The notes below the pieces were generated by a model that ran no database searches, was not told the origin of the DNA, and was given only the letters and a program-made list of their open reading frames with translations. From the NCBI RefSeq assembly GCF_000143415.4, contig NW_003314266.1, positions 1,820,463 through 1,884,462 of the forward strand: 64,000 nt of DNA. Direction: 5' to 3'. Both the position numbers and the translations under genes were made by a program. This DNA is from Selaginella moellendorffii. Taxonomy: Eukaryota; Plantae; Lycopodiophyta. Below, piece by piece: positions 39,155 through 50,059 of the stretch; the stretch's first letter is position 1; the number at the start of each line of letters is the position of its first letter.

Positions 39155-40532
39155 CTAACAACGCATTAGAATTAATCGCGATTTAGTTCTATCTACAGAT
39201 AAACTTCTCGCATTTTCTTCGCTAGTCAAACAAAAAGAAGAACTTACCGCGAGTGGTAAAATGGATCCAGCTTCCTCCCTTGCTTCGTCAATCCATGCGC
39301 GCCAGGCTTTGCTCCAAGTTTCCTCCGGGAACTTCGACACGATCAAGCGAAGATGGTGTCCAAGCCAGCGCCGGAAAGGAGCACACTCGCCATCGTGCCA
39401 GTAGCTCGAATCAGGCAGTGGAATCTCGTTGATCACATCCCTGCGGATGAAAGCACGCATGAGCGAAACGATCAGAGGGAGAAAACCATGACAATGTCAA
39501 TACCTGAAGAACTCGAGAAACCTGGATGGTCTGTAGACGTCGCTAGACTGTAATTCGACACAAGCCGGCGTTCCAGACCAAACACCGACGAACGTCAACT
39601 CCGTGAACTCCGGAAGAAACTGCGCGCCAGAAAGAAAATCAGTCTCTAGTGCAAGAAATAAGAACTGCGAAACTTACTAGCGGTTCTTCTCGTCACGCCA
39701 AGACGCAAATCTATGGCCGGTTCGCAGCGCAGACCCGGTCACGTCTTCCAAGGCTGCTTTCTCTCGCACTTCACGGCTGATCTCCTCCTCGAAAACATAC
39801 TAAGAGCCGACTTTAGCGACGATAACTGCAAGACAAAACAATCACGAATCAAGAACAAAGAAAGGAAACACACGTACCAGGATAGGAGATCATCGCACAA
39901 ACTGGATTGTTTCCAAGAACTTCAAGCTTGCTCTCGACTGCAAGCGAGCAAGGTAGCCAGAATCCGGGAAATCTTGCAAGAGCTTTGCCTCTGGAGGATC
40001 CGAAAGCCGGCAGCTAGAATCCGTGCTTGAGCCTCGAGAGGCGATCCAGAAATGGGATCCATAGACACATCCTCGACCGGAACATCTCCTCTCAGAAGAT
40101 CAAGATGCCTCCTCCCATACCGGAGATCTTGGAAGAAGAACAATCGACAAGTCACACTTGATCCCGACCGCCATTTGGTCGCCACGTTCTCTTCGCTCTG
40201 GTCATGTTTCGAGCGGTGGCAGCCATCGTCAAAGACACTGGAAACAAGTGCCGGGAACAATCTTTCCTGTCGAACTCCAGCCTTCCATCCTGAAAGTACT
40301 TCCGGCGGCTCTGGAAGTTCTCTAGGAGTAGCGTACCAGCTGCCCCCCCGGGACTATCTCCGCCAGAGGACCTTCAGTCGATCCTCGTCAGGCAGATCGA
40401 GGACGAGTTCATGTTGATCAATGATCCGGAACATCGGCTCAGAAACGCACCTTGGCTCCTTCTTTTCCAGTGAACAGAAACGCTGGAGCTGACGTTTACC
40501 CAATCTTCCTCAGAGAGAGAAGCCCTCGCCAT
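39155..40532 (-). pseudogene. Possible degenerate or lineage-specific gene of unknown family
   Basis: Coding-like GC content and several GT-AG intron-like segments, but no continuous frame or recognisable domain. Confidence 0.25.
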
Positions 40533-40664
40533 AGCCCAAGAGCCCTAAATAAAATTTAAAGGGGAAGCGTGGGAAATGTAAAGGTAAAAGAAAAGGGCCT
40601 AGTTGGTATTAGGGCCAAGTAGGCAGCCGCAGTCGTGGCAGGATTTTGAGCGTCGGATCAAACA

Positions 40665-42151
40665 CTAGCGATGGATTGAAAAGCTCTTGGAAATGTAGCG
40701 ACATGGTTGGTGGCCGCCTCCTCGCGGTAGCTGCCTTCTTCGCCGCACAGCCTTGTTCATAAACACGGCAGCCGCGACCTTGGAACCTATAGAACTAGAA
40801 CCATGGCCGAGCACCACTGCCCAGCCTAGAAGAAATACACTTTGCATCAGGAAACTCACTGGTTTGTGACGATCGCTTCCATTCTGGCTTGTTCGATCTG
40901 CGCTGCCGCCACCATAGCTTTGGCTATGCGAGCGTGAGCTAGCGAAGAAGTCCTTTCGTTCGAGCTCCAAAGGTATCTGTGAAAACCACGAATCAAGCAA
41001 TGGAAGATACACACGGCGTCCCATACCTTGTTGCAAAGAGTCACCGCGTCGGGCTTTGCTTTGCGCCTTTTGTCCAAGCCGGAGCTCTTGTATGATCGTA
41101 AGTTGTGTTCCATCTTGTTGACGTAGCTCCAGATGCCGCGAGAGAAGGCCATTTTTGCCATCTCTTTCCCGACGCCAATGTCTTCCCTGTGAAGCATTTT
41201 CACCTCGCAAGCATTGCTGCCAGGAACTAGAGAGAAGGCATACCATAAAACATGAGAAATCTGGAGAGCCAGAGCACTCTAACCTGCTTGAATTCTCCAG
41301 CCCGATAGGTACTCTTTGACCCGCTTAAATTCCTGTCGCCTTGGAGCAGCAGGATGTTCGCAAGCCTGAGAGAAAAGCTCATAGATACAAAAAGAAAAAC
41401 TCAGCCGGAGAGGATACCTTGATGACACAGAAGTATGTGTTTTCCGCAGCTTTCCAAAGCCTCCACGCGAGAACGTATTCTCTCGCCATCATCAGCGGAA
41501 ACTTTTTCACGGTCCGGCCGACCTCCGTTCCGGATTTGAGACACAAAGCCAGCTGCTCGTGCTTCAAAACCGTGCTATCCCACTGCAAACGAAACTCGTT
41601 GTCCATGTAAAAATCGCGAAGCAACTCGGCCGTGCAATTCTCAAAGGTTGTAGTGCTGAGATACTCGGTCGGCCCTCCGTCCTGTCCACCAAAGAGAAGA
41701 TGAAAGAAAATCGAAAACTTAGAACGTTGGAAGTGTCAGAGATTGAATTGTCACCTTTGGTTCACGACGCTTTGCAAAATATGAGACACCATCGTTGCGT
41801 TTGTCAAGAACAACGCTCCAGTTACCACTGCTTTGATCGACTTCGTCTAGCTCCTCTATGAGCTTTCGCAGCTCCGATTCCTTTATCAAGCTTTCCAACG
41901 CTGTCGCGGGACACCTGCTTGTTTCAACACTGCCAAAGAAAAGAGAAATGAAAACCACCAACGAGACGAGCGCTATAAATTTACCACGACCGCGCTTTCG
42001 ATGCCCTCGCCTTCCTTCCAAAGATCCTCTTGACGCTCGCAACAATGAATCCCAGGCACCAGTAGAGGAAGAGAATCCCTAGCGCTACCCACGTCGCAAA
42101 CACCTCGTGATTCCGCTCGCTGCTCTTCACAAATCTCGACAGCACGCCCAT
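40665..42151 (-). CDS. START (StAR-related lipid transfer, PCTP-like) domain protein with N-terminal TM helix
   Basis: LRDFYMDNEFRLQWD, KKFPLMMAREYVLAWRLW and MLHREDIGVGKEMAKMAFSRGIWSYV; multi-exon. Confidence 0.88.
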
Positions 42152-42591
42152 AGCTGGCTCCGCGCGCGCGGCAATCGCATGATCAGCAGCAATGCGCCGG
42201 TGGAGCGCGATCGGGACGACGATTCACAGCGCCAGGAACCCTAAAAACGGCCTGGATCGATCGATCGCGGAGGAGGAGCGCCAAACCTCACGAGGATTGT
42301 GGACTGCGCCAGCGCGCCATGGGGGGCGATGCGGTCCAGGAGCTGGATTGTGGATACCATTTACTCTGTGGGACCTAAAACGTTCCACTCGAGGACAAGG
42401 CCCCCACAGAGCTTTGAAAAGAAATATTTCGTGGCTAACAAGCGGCTATGGCGTCTCTCTTTCTTTCTCCTCCCTCATCCACGCTGCGATTCTATCGCCA
42501 TGACAATAGCGCCAGGTCAGCATCGTCCTCGCAACGATGTGCGGCCTGGAAGAAATCGTGTATCCACGCAAGGCGAGCGAGAATCCTGGCG

Positions 42592-42934
42592 ATGGGGTTC
42601 AAGATCAACGAATCCTACGATAGCGCCGTGGAGCTCGACGCCGAGGTATGGTTCCTTCGCTCTAGGAGAAGCTAAATCCGCGAGATTGGTGCGATTCCAG
42701 CGGGATAGCGCGCTGCGAAGCCTCTTGAGCTCGGAAGCATTTTGCAAACAGGTGATCTTGGCACGAAATTCTCGATCGATCGCCTCATGGATTCATCCTC
42801 ATCGACCAGGTCGCGAAAGAAGCAGGGATTTCGGAGACCAGCGGCGTGGAATTTCTTGGAGAGCTCTTCCAGCCGGTGCCATGGAGTCCGAGCACCACAC
42901 ACGGCATGCCCCAGGTAACCATTTCTTCCACTAG
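42592..42934 (+). CDS. Possible small two-exon protein (78 aa), unknown function
   Basis: ATG at 42592; phase-0 GT-AG intron 42646-42751 joins in frame to a stop at 42934. No homology recognised. Confidence 0.25.
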
Positions 42935-43229
42935 CATGAAATATCACCATAGCTAAGCTTGTTCTTTGTGGCTAGGAATTCGAGAAGTATCATCACGACA
43001 AGGAGAACTACGTGATCATCAATGTACCTCCAAACTTCATGTTTAAAGCCAAGGTATGAGAATTCCCGGCCTCGGAGGAAAAAAAAAAGAACTTTTTTTT
43101 TGGTGTGCTCCAGGTATTCAAACCTTCGCGGCTCTGCGCAATCTACAGAAAAATCAAGGAGGAGTCACTCAAAGCAACTTAGAAGCTCGCTTTCTTACCG
43201 TGTTTTGGAGGAACAAAGTGAACGGAGGA

Positions 43230-44452
43230 TCAGCCTTGGACTTGCATGGATGTGGATGCCTCTCCCGGATTGATAACCGGAGGAGGTCCCGCTGAAGGAG
43301 CTGGCTCCAGGCTCCTCCACGCAAGATCTCGAGCGCCGTCCTTGTCCACGATCTTGAGCACGAAGCTGTGAGGCGAGGCGATCAATCGCTTGCGGATCTC
43401 TGCGATGCACTTGTCAGCGAGAGCCATCCCTTCTTCCACCGACATCCCCTTGCGGAAGTACTTGTCCATGACAGACAACACGAAGTAGCTTCCTGCGATT
43501 GAAACGAGCGAGCATCAGCAAAAGCGATGAGAAGAACCAAAGCAGCGATACAAAATTCTCCTGACCAGGACGAGAAATAGAATCAGATAAAACAAGCAAA
43601 AAAACCACTACGTAGAAAAAAAAATGCGAGAACAAACTTAAGTGAAAACCGAACAAGTGAACTCTATGATCACGTAGAAGAAAATGCGAGAACAAACAAA
43701 AGTGAAAACCACAAAGAACAAACAAGAGAACTCTATGATCACGTAGAAGAAAATGCGAGAACAAACGCAATGAAAACCACTAAGAACGAACAAGAGAACT
43801 CTATGATCACGTCGAAGAAAATGCGAGAACAAACGAAAGTGAAAACCACTAAGAACGAACAAGAGAACTGATCACGTAGAAGAAAATGCGAGAACAAACC
43901 ATGATCATAACGAAGAAAGCAAGAAAACGAGAAAGGAGTTCTACGTACCATAGCCGACGGCTCCCTTCTCCAGCTGATGGAGAGTGGCGATGTAATCCAT
44001 GAAGTAAAGCGATGGCCCCTTGCCCTTGTCAAATCCTCCGAGCATCAAGTTCACATAGTATGGGTTCTGAAACAAAGATCTTCAAGGCTCCAGGAAAAGA
44101 ACTAGCACAAGAAATACCTTTCGAAGCGCCACAGCCAATTCGTTCCGAGTGAAGCTTGCGGCCGCGGCCGTGGACAGCGGAATCCCGTTCCGGAAGTTGT
44201 ACAGGTTGATGTTCTTCTGGATGTACTCCGAGAAGATAACCCTGTAGAAGAATTTCTCACTATCCCTAGATCTATGGAGCTTGATCGAGCTCACCTATCA
44301 CCGGCTTCGCCGCTCGTCGCCATGAGCTTGTGCGAGTCGAGCTGCAAGATCTTGTCCTCGGTCGTCTTCTGCACGACGATGCTCTGCACGACGGAGGTGT
44401 CGGCGCCAAGAATGACGAAGCCATCGCCCACGAAGCCGAAGATACACTCCAT
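43230..44452 (-). CDS. PBD1: 20S proteasome subunit beta type-2 (beta-4), 4 exons
   Basis: [18 protein letters not shown]...[12 protein letters not shown]...[14 protein letters not shown]...[18 protein letters not shown] and LYFMDY. Confidence 0.93.
43608..43910. repeat. Intronic minisatellite, ~60-70-bp unit, ~4.5 copies
   Basis: Repeats of gatcacgtagaagaaaatgcgagaacaaac...gtgaaaacc...gaactctat within intron 3 of the proteasome gene. Confidence 0.9.
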
Positions 44453-44695
44453 CTCGCGAAGAACCCTAAAGCTCCCGGCAATATGCCAAGAATATACGGC
44501 AGCCGGAATGTGCCTCACAAACAGAATATGCTCCAGAGATTGACGGACGATGCGTTTCTTCATACGGAATGTCTCATCCAAAATGATCCACTTTGTGTGC
44601 TTTTATAAAGTCCTCCGTGGTCCATGTGGGACGGCGCCTAAGAGTACTGGTTTTTCAACGAGCGAACCACTCGCGCATTTGCTCACATTGTTTCC

Positions 44696-45439
44696 ATGGC
44701 GTCGCGGGTAGTGATGGTGGAATCTATCTCGGATTGGGACGGAATTCTCAAGCAAGCCAAATCGCAAGACGCGATCGTAAGCAAAAATGGCTTCTCTCCC
44801 CCTCGCTTTGATTGATCTCCCCCTGTTTTTGATCTTCCCAGCGAATACCTTCTCTAGCGCTCGTGAATATAGAGATTGAGATTCTCCCTCTTTTTTTTCT
44901 TTTTTTCTTTTTTTGCTCCTTTCCTTTCTCTCTTGCGAGAGGTTTTAACTGTTCGTCGTCTTCTCTGTGTGATCGTATCTTAGATTGTGGCGCACTTTTC
45001 CGCGGATTGGTGCGCCCCTTGCAAGTACATGGCCTCCACATTCCGCGAGGCGTCCACGCGATTCCTCAAGCTCATCTTCCTCACTGTGGACGTGGATGAG
45101 CTCAAGGTAAGTGAAAACCAGAAAGGCTCCCCCAGCCTAGATATTTTTTCCCCCCAGATCTTTTACCACTCCTCTCTCTATCTCCATCTCCATTCATGAC
45201 CTCTCTCTATCTCCATCTCTACCATTCATGATCTCATGATCCAGTTGGTTGCTCCTAACACTCGCTCTATCTGACCAAAAACATCAAATCCACAGGAAAT
45301 TGCCACTCGATTGGAGGTCAAGGCAATGCCCACATTCGTGTTCATCAAGGACGAGGAGGCGATCGGCCGGATTGTGGGCGCGAATCGAGAACAGCTCGTC
45401 AAGAGAGTGGCGGCTCTGGCCACTACAGTAGCGGAATAA
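44696..45439 (+). CDS. Thioredoxin h-type with WCAPC active site, 3 exons
   Basis: HFSADWCAPCK, VDVDEL and VKAMPTFVFIK...IVGA; intron positions typical of TRX h. Confidence 0.92.
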
Positions 45440-45697
45440 CATCTGGATAGAACAGATTCGATCGATCACTTCTGTCCAGACACAGAAAAATTTGATGAAT
45501 CCCAAATAGAAATTTGGTGGAAAATTATTGGCCCAGTGGGCCGCAATGTCTACAGAAATCCCCCACGTGGAAAACAGAGCAGTGCTTCGTTTGACTGGAT
45601 CTTAGTCAACGGTCGTAAAATAGTCAACCATCAAATCGCATTGCCGCCGGAAAGAATCAACTCCCAGTCAAATCCACCAGTCAACACGAAGTGATGA

Positions 45698-47665
45698 ATG
45701 GGACCAGGGTTTGCGGACCGCAGCGGGTGCCTCGAGTCGATCCAGCGCTGCGCGAGCCTCTCTCACGCGATCCAGATCCACGAGCGCGCGCGCCGCGAGC
45801 TCCAGGGCGATGTCTTCCTCGCCAACAAGCTCATCGAGGCGTATGGCAAGTGCGGCAGCCCCCAGCGCGCGCGATGGCTCTTCGACGCCATGCCCGCCAA
45901 GAACACCTTCTCCTGGGGCGCCATGCTCTGCGCCTACGCCTCCAACGGGCGCCTGGACGATGCCCGGCAGGTGTTCGACGCCATGCCCGAGCGCGATGGC
46001 TTCTCGTGGAACCTCCTCCTCTCGGCGTTCGGCCAGCGGGGGCAATTGCGAGAGGCCAAGCTCGTGTTTGATCGGCTGCCAGGGAAGGATCTCGTCTCGT
46101 GGTTCTCGATGCTGGCGGCGTTTGTACACGGCGGGCGAGTCAGAGACGCGCGAGCCATCTTCGACCAGATGCCGCAGCAAAACCAGGCCTCCTGGAACTG
46201 CATCCTCTCTGCATATGCCCAAGTTGGGCATCTGGATGAATCTTGCGAGATCTTTGAAACGATGCCAGAGCGGGATTTAATCTCTTGGAATGCGATGCTT
46301 TCGGCATTTGCACAAAACGGGGATGTGTTTGGAGCGAGGAGAGTGTTTGAATCGATGCCATTGCAAAACCAGATTTCCTGGAACGCAATGCTTGCGGCAT
46401 ATGCCCAAAACGGGCATCTTCACGACGCTAAGAAGACTTTCAACTTAATACCGGAAAGGAACGATGTAACTTGGAATACCATGCTAGCTGCGTATTCGCA
46501 AAACGGCCAACACGACGACGCCAAGCGTATGTTCGACACGATGCCTCTTCACGACCAAGTCACGTGGAACTCCATGCTGGCAGCATATGCCACGTCAGGG
46601 CATCTGGAGAAAGCCGAGAGTGTCTTCCACGGGATGCCCGAGAGAGACATGCTGACGTGGAACTCCATGCTGTCGGCCTTCGCGCACGCCGGACACGTCA
46701 CCGAGGCAAAGCGCGTGTTTGATGACATGCCACAGCGGAATATAGTGTCGTGTAACGCCATGCTGGTTGGATTCGTCCACGCTGGCCGCCTAGTAGACGC
46801 CAGGCTGGTGCTGAATGGCATGAGAGAGCACGACATGGTGTCGTGCACGCTGATGCTTTCGGGATATGCCCAGTACGGGCATACGGCCTCCGCTCGGGAG
46901 ATCTTCGACACGATTCCGTCCCAGAATCACGTCTCGTGGACGGCCCTGATTGCCGCGTTTTCCCTGCGGGGAAACCTGGAAGAGGCGAAATGTATGTTTG
47001 ATCAGATCCAACGGCTGGATCTCGTGCTTTGGACCGCCATGCTGGGAGCGTATGCCCAAAACGGGCATGTGGAAGAGGCCAAGGTGATGTTTGATTCCTT
47101 GCCCGAGCAAGATCAAGTGTCATGGAACGCGCTATTATCTGCATACGCGCAAAATGGAAACATCTCTAAAGCCAGGCATGTCTTCGACACAATGCCCAAG
47201 AGGAACACCATGTCTTGGGCGGCTATGCTCTCCACTTATGCCCGGAACGGGCATTCCAGGGAGGCGTTTGATGTGTTTGATCTGATGAGGGTGGTGGAGG
47301 TTCCGGATTCGACTTGTTTCGTGGCCTTCTTGCTCGCTTGCGCACACGATGGGAATGTTTCAAGCGCCAAGAATTGCTTCGTGTCCATGAGACAAGACTA
47401 TAAGGTTGCTGCTACAAAGCAGCACTACTGTTGCTTGATCGATGTTCTTTGCAGGTCTGGGAGACTCTTAGATGGTGAGGACCTCATTACAAACATGCCT
47501 TTTGTGCCTGATGAGTATGAATGGATCTGTTTTCTAAGGAGTTGCATGAGGCCCGGGAAGAACGAGCTCAAGCAAGCCATTGATGCAACTAGGTTTGTTG
47601 TTGGCCAGAATCCAAAGCATGGAGCTGCATTTGTGCAGCTAGCTAATATTTACTCCAAGCTATAG
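45698..47665 (+). CDS. PLS-class pentatricopeptide repeat protein with partial E domain
   Basis: Intronless 655-aa ORF with many 31-aa SWNAMLxAYAQNG repeats and an HYCCLIDVLCRSG...MPFVPD tail. Confidence 0.95.
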   Translation: MGPGFADRSGCLESIQRCASLSHAIQIHERARRELQGDVFLANKLIEAYGKCGSPQRARWLFDAMPAKNTFSWGAMLCAYASNGRLDDARQVFDAMPERDGFSWNLLLSAFGQRGQLREAKLVFDRLPGKDLVSWFSMLAAFVHGGRVRDARAIFDQMPQQNQASWNCILSAYAQVGHLDESCEIFETMPERDLISWNAMLSAFAQNGDVFGARRVFESMPLQNQISWNAMLAAYAQNGHLHDAKKTFNLIPERNDVTWNTMLAAYSQNGQHDDAKRMFDTMPLHDQVTWNSMLAAYATSGHLEKAESVFHGMPERDMLTWNSMLSAFAHAGHVTEAKRVFDDMPQRNIVSCNAMLVGFVHAGRLVDARLVLNGMREHDMVSCTLMLSGYAQYGHTASAREIFDTIPSQNHVSWTALIAAFSLRGNLEEAKCMFDQIQRLDLVLWTAMLGAYAQNGHVEEAKVMFDSLPEQDQVSWNALLSAYAQNGNISKARHVFDTMPKRNTMSWAAMLSTYARNGHSREAFDVFDLMRVVEVPDSTCFVAFLLACAHDGNVSSAKNCFVSMRQDYKVAATKQHYCCLIDVLCRSGRLLDGEDLITNMPFVPDEYEWICFLRSCMRPGKNELKQAIDATRFVVGQNPKHGAAFVQLANIYSKL

Positions 47666-49141
47666 TCAGAGTACATTCTTCTATAAGACTCCTCCATAAA
47701 CCTTTTCCAATTGCAAGAAAGGAGCAAAACAACTGGCTTCAGCTTCTTCGACGGGGTAGTGATCAACCGAGCCAAAATGGATCGTCTCACTTGCTTGCTT
47801 CTTGGCCTGGAACACCACCACGAACAATTACAATTGCAAAATCATCGCCACTACTACAACAGCACTAAAAGCAGCTGTTTCAAAGTTGCAGTACCCTAGA
47901 ACTGTTTCTCTGCAGCCATGCCAGTGCAGCAATACTTTTGCAAAGCAATGCGTAACAAAGTAGCAAGTAGCATAAGCATTGGAAGGTGCTGGCTGGAGAG
48001 TGAGAAGCAATGTGTTAATCATGAGCAAGACCGACTGGTGACCACGGTACAAATTCCTCTTGTGCGCTTGAGAACAACTAGTGCTAGGAAGACAAGCACT
48101 TCAGTTCCCCTTCAGTCAGTCATTGCTTGAAACAAGATCTAATAAAGACAATAAATAATGAAGAATTTCCATGCTTCTTTGTCATCTGATACTATAAATA
48201 AATGTTTAAATTGCAACAAGAAGCTAGAGTATTAGTGTTTCGGTCAGTGAAACAAATTAATAAATCATAGTTTTATATTACAACATATTTAATTGCAAAT
48301 AAATATAATGCAAAATATATAATTACAATTTGTGAGTGCATAGGAAATGGAAAGGGAATACAATCAATTAGCCCAAAAACCCTAATTTATATACAAGAAT
48401 GAGTAGTCCAAATTGAAACCAGTTCAACAATTACCACAATACCACTATGTTAATATTAACATATGGCATCATAATTGTACACTTGGACCTCATGTCCTCC
48501 CCTCCTCTGGAAATGATGAAAGACCATCAAGGTTCTTTTGTAGATGGGTGGGGATGTAGAAGAATATCAAGAGGAAGCATCGGTGAATTTGTAGGTGGTG
48601 CCAATTATTTTTGATTTTGTTATATAGAGTGTTTTATCTGTTGCACATGCATAATTTCTAGAATATCGGTTTGCTAAATGTCATGCCGAATTTCATAAAC
48701 TTGCTATCCAATTTGCTACAACACCTAATACAATCCTTTCCATTGAATAAAGAGCCCCTTAGATAAACCATATATCATGAAATGGGGAAAACAGACTAAT
48801 ATAAAATCATCCACTTTGTACTTTAAAGGTGGATGATATGGGAGTTATAACACCATTGATGTCCCACTTCTACATGGAATAGGTGTTTGGCAAATTTTGC
48901 TCGGATAAGTGAAAGTATGATCATCAAGTATTGATCCTATGACCTAGCATCGGCAACTTGTGGTAATCAGAAAAGTAAACCTAGCTCCATTGGTAATATT
49001 GGATCATAATTATATAAAAGTTTATATGGTGAAACACTAACAAAACTCTACACCCTTGTGACATATGCATACTGAAAAAATGCTAAATAATCATTTCAAT
49101 TCAAATGCTGAAAGTTCATTGTAAGAAACCAACTCTCTAAG

Positions 49142-49425
49142 GTGCTGAAGGCTAAAACCAACTCTAAAACCGAGTTCAAGACCAAGTCTGAGATCGAGTT
49201 CGAAACCGACTCCAAGACCAAGTTCAAGACCAAGTCTGAGACCAAGTTTAAGACCGAGTCCAAGACTGAGTTTGAGACCGAGTCCAAGATCGAGTCCAAG
49301 ACAGAGTCTGAAGTTGGGTCCGAGATTGAGTCCGAGACCGAGTCCGAATACTAATATAGGTCATGGGGTGAAAGCCCAAAGCATGTGTCTCCTAGGGGAG
49401 GGGGCTGCAGGGGGTTCCAAAAGTA
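49142..49425 (+). repeat. LTR segment with GAGTCC/GAGACC hexamer array (left flank of MULE insertion)
   Basis: Matches the reverse complement of ~61895-62100 (gggtgaaagcccaaagc...tccaaaagta). Confidence 0.75.
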
Positions 49426-49487
49426 GAGTGTGGACCATATTTGAGCTCACGAGCTGAAGAGTTGAGCTCACGAGTTGAGCTCAATTT
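49426..49487 (+). repeat. Left terminal inverted repeat of MULE
   Basis: GAGTGTGGACCATATTTGAG...GAGTTGAGCTCACGAGTTGAGCTCAATT. Confidence 0.85.
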
Positions 49488-50059
49488 TCAATTGTAATTT
49501 AGTACAAACATTATAAACTTTAAAATTTTAAAGTTATGGCGAACTTAATAATTTCATAACTCTCTATATATTATATAGATAAAAATGTTCTAAAGGACAC
49601 TTCTTGTTCTAATAATTTAAATATTTACTACATGCAATAATAGAGACGTTTGTTAGAATATAAAATAAAATGTTTGCAAAAAGAGTATTCTTGTCACTTC
49701 TTTAAATTTGTACTCTGTGCTTTCTAGCTAGTAAATGTCAAGTTTGTCAGAATTTTAAAATTATTAAATTTGAATTAAGATTCTATATAAGGCCATATAA
49801 CCATTTGAAAGGAAAAAAAAACAACTGTGATGGTACATATGCTCTCACAATACATTATAACATCATACACCCAAAAGACTATCACGAAATATTTTTTGAG
49901 AAGGTAAAGACAAAAATGGAGACTCACAAATACTATGGGCAGTATTGCGAAAAGAACCTCACAAGTATATGAAATGAAAAGTGAAATAATAAAATATTTT
50001 TATTAATTATATAAGTTTATATTATTGATAGAGAATAAACATCGATAGTGCTAGAAAAT

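Noticed and set aside
43608-43910. CRISPR-like array
   Set aside because: No unique spacers; it is a tandem minisatellite in a eukaryotic intron.
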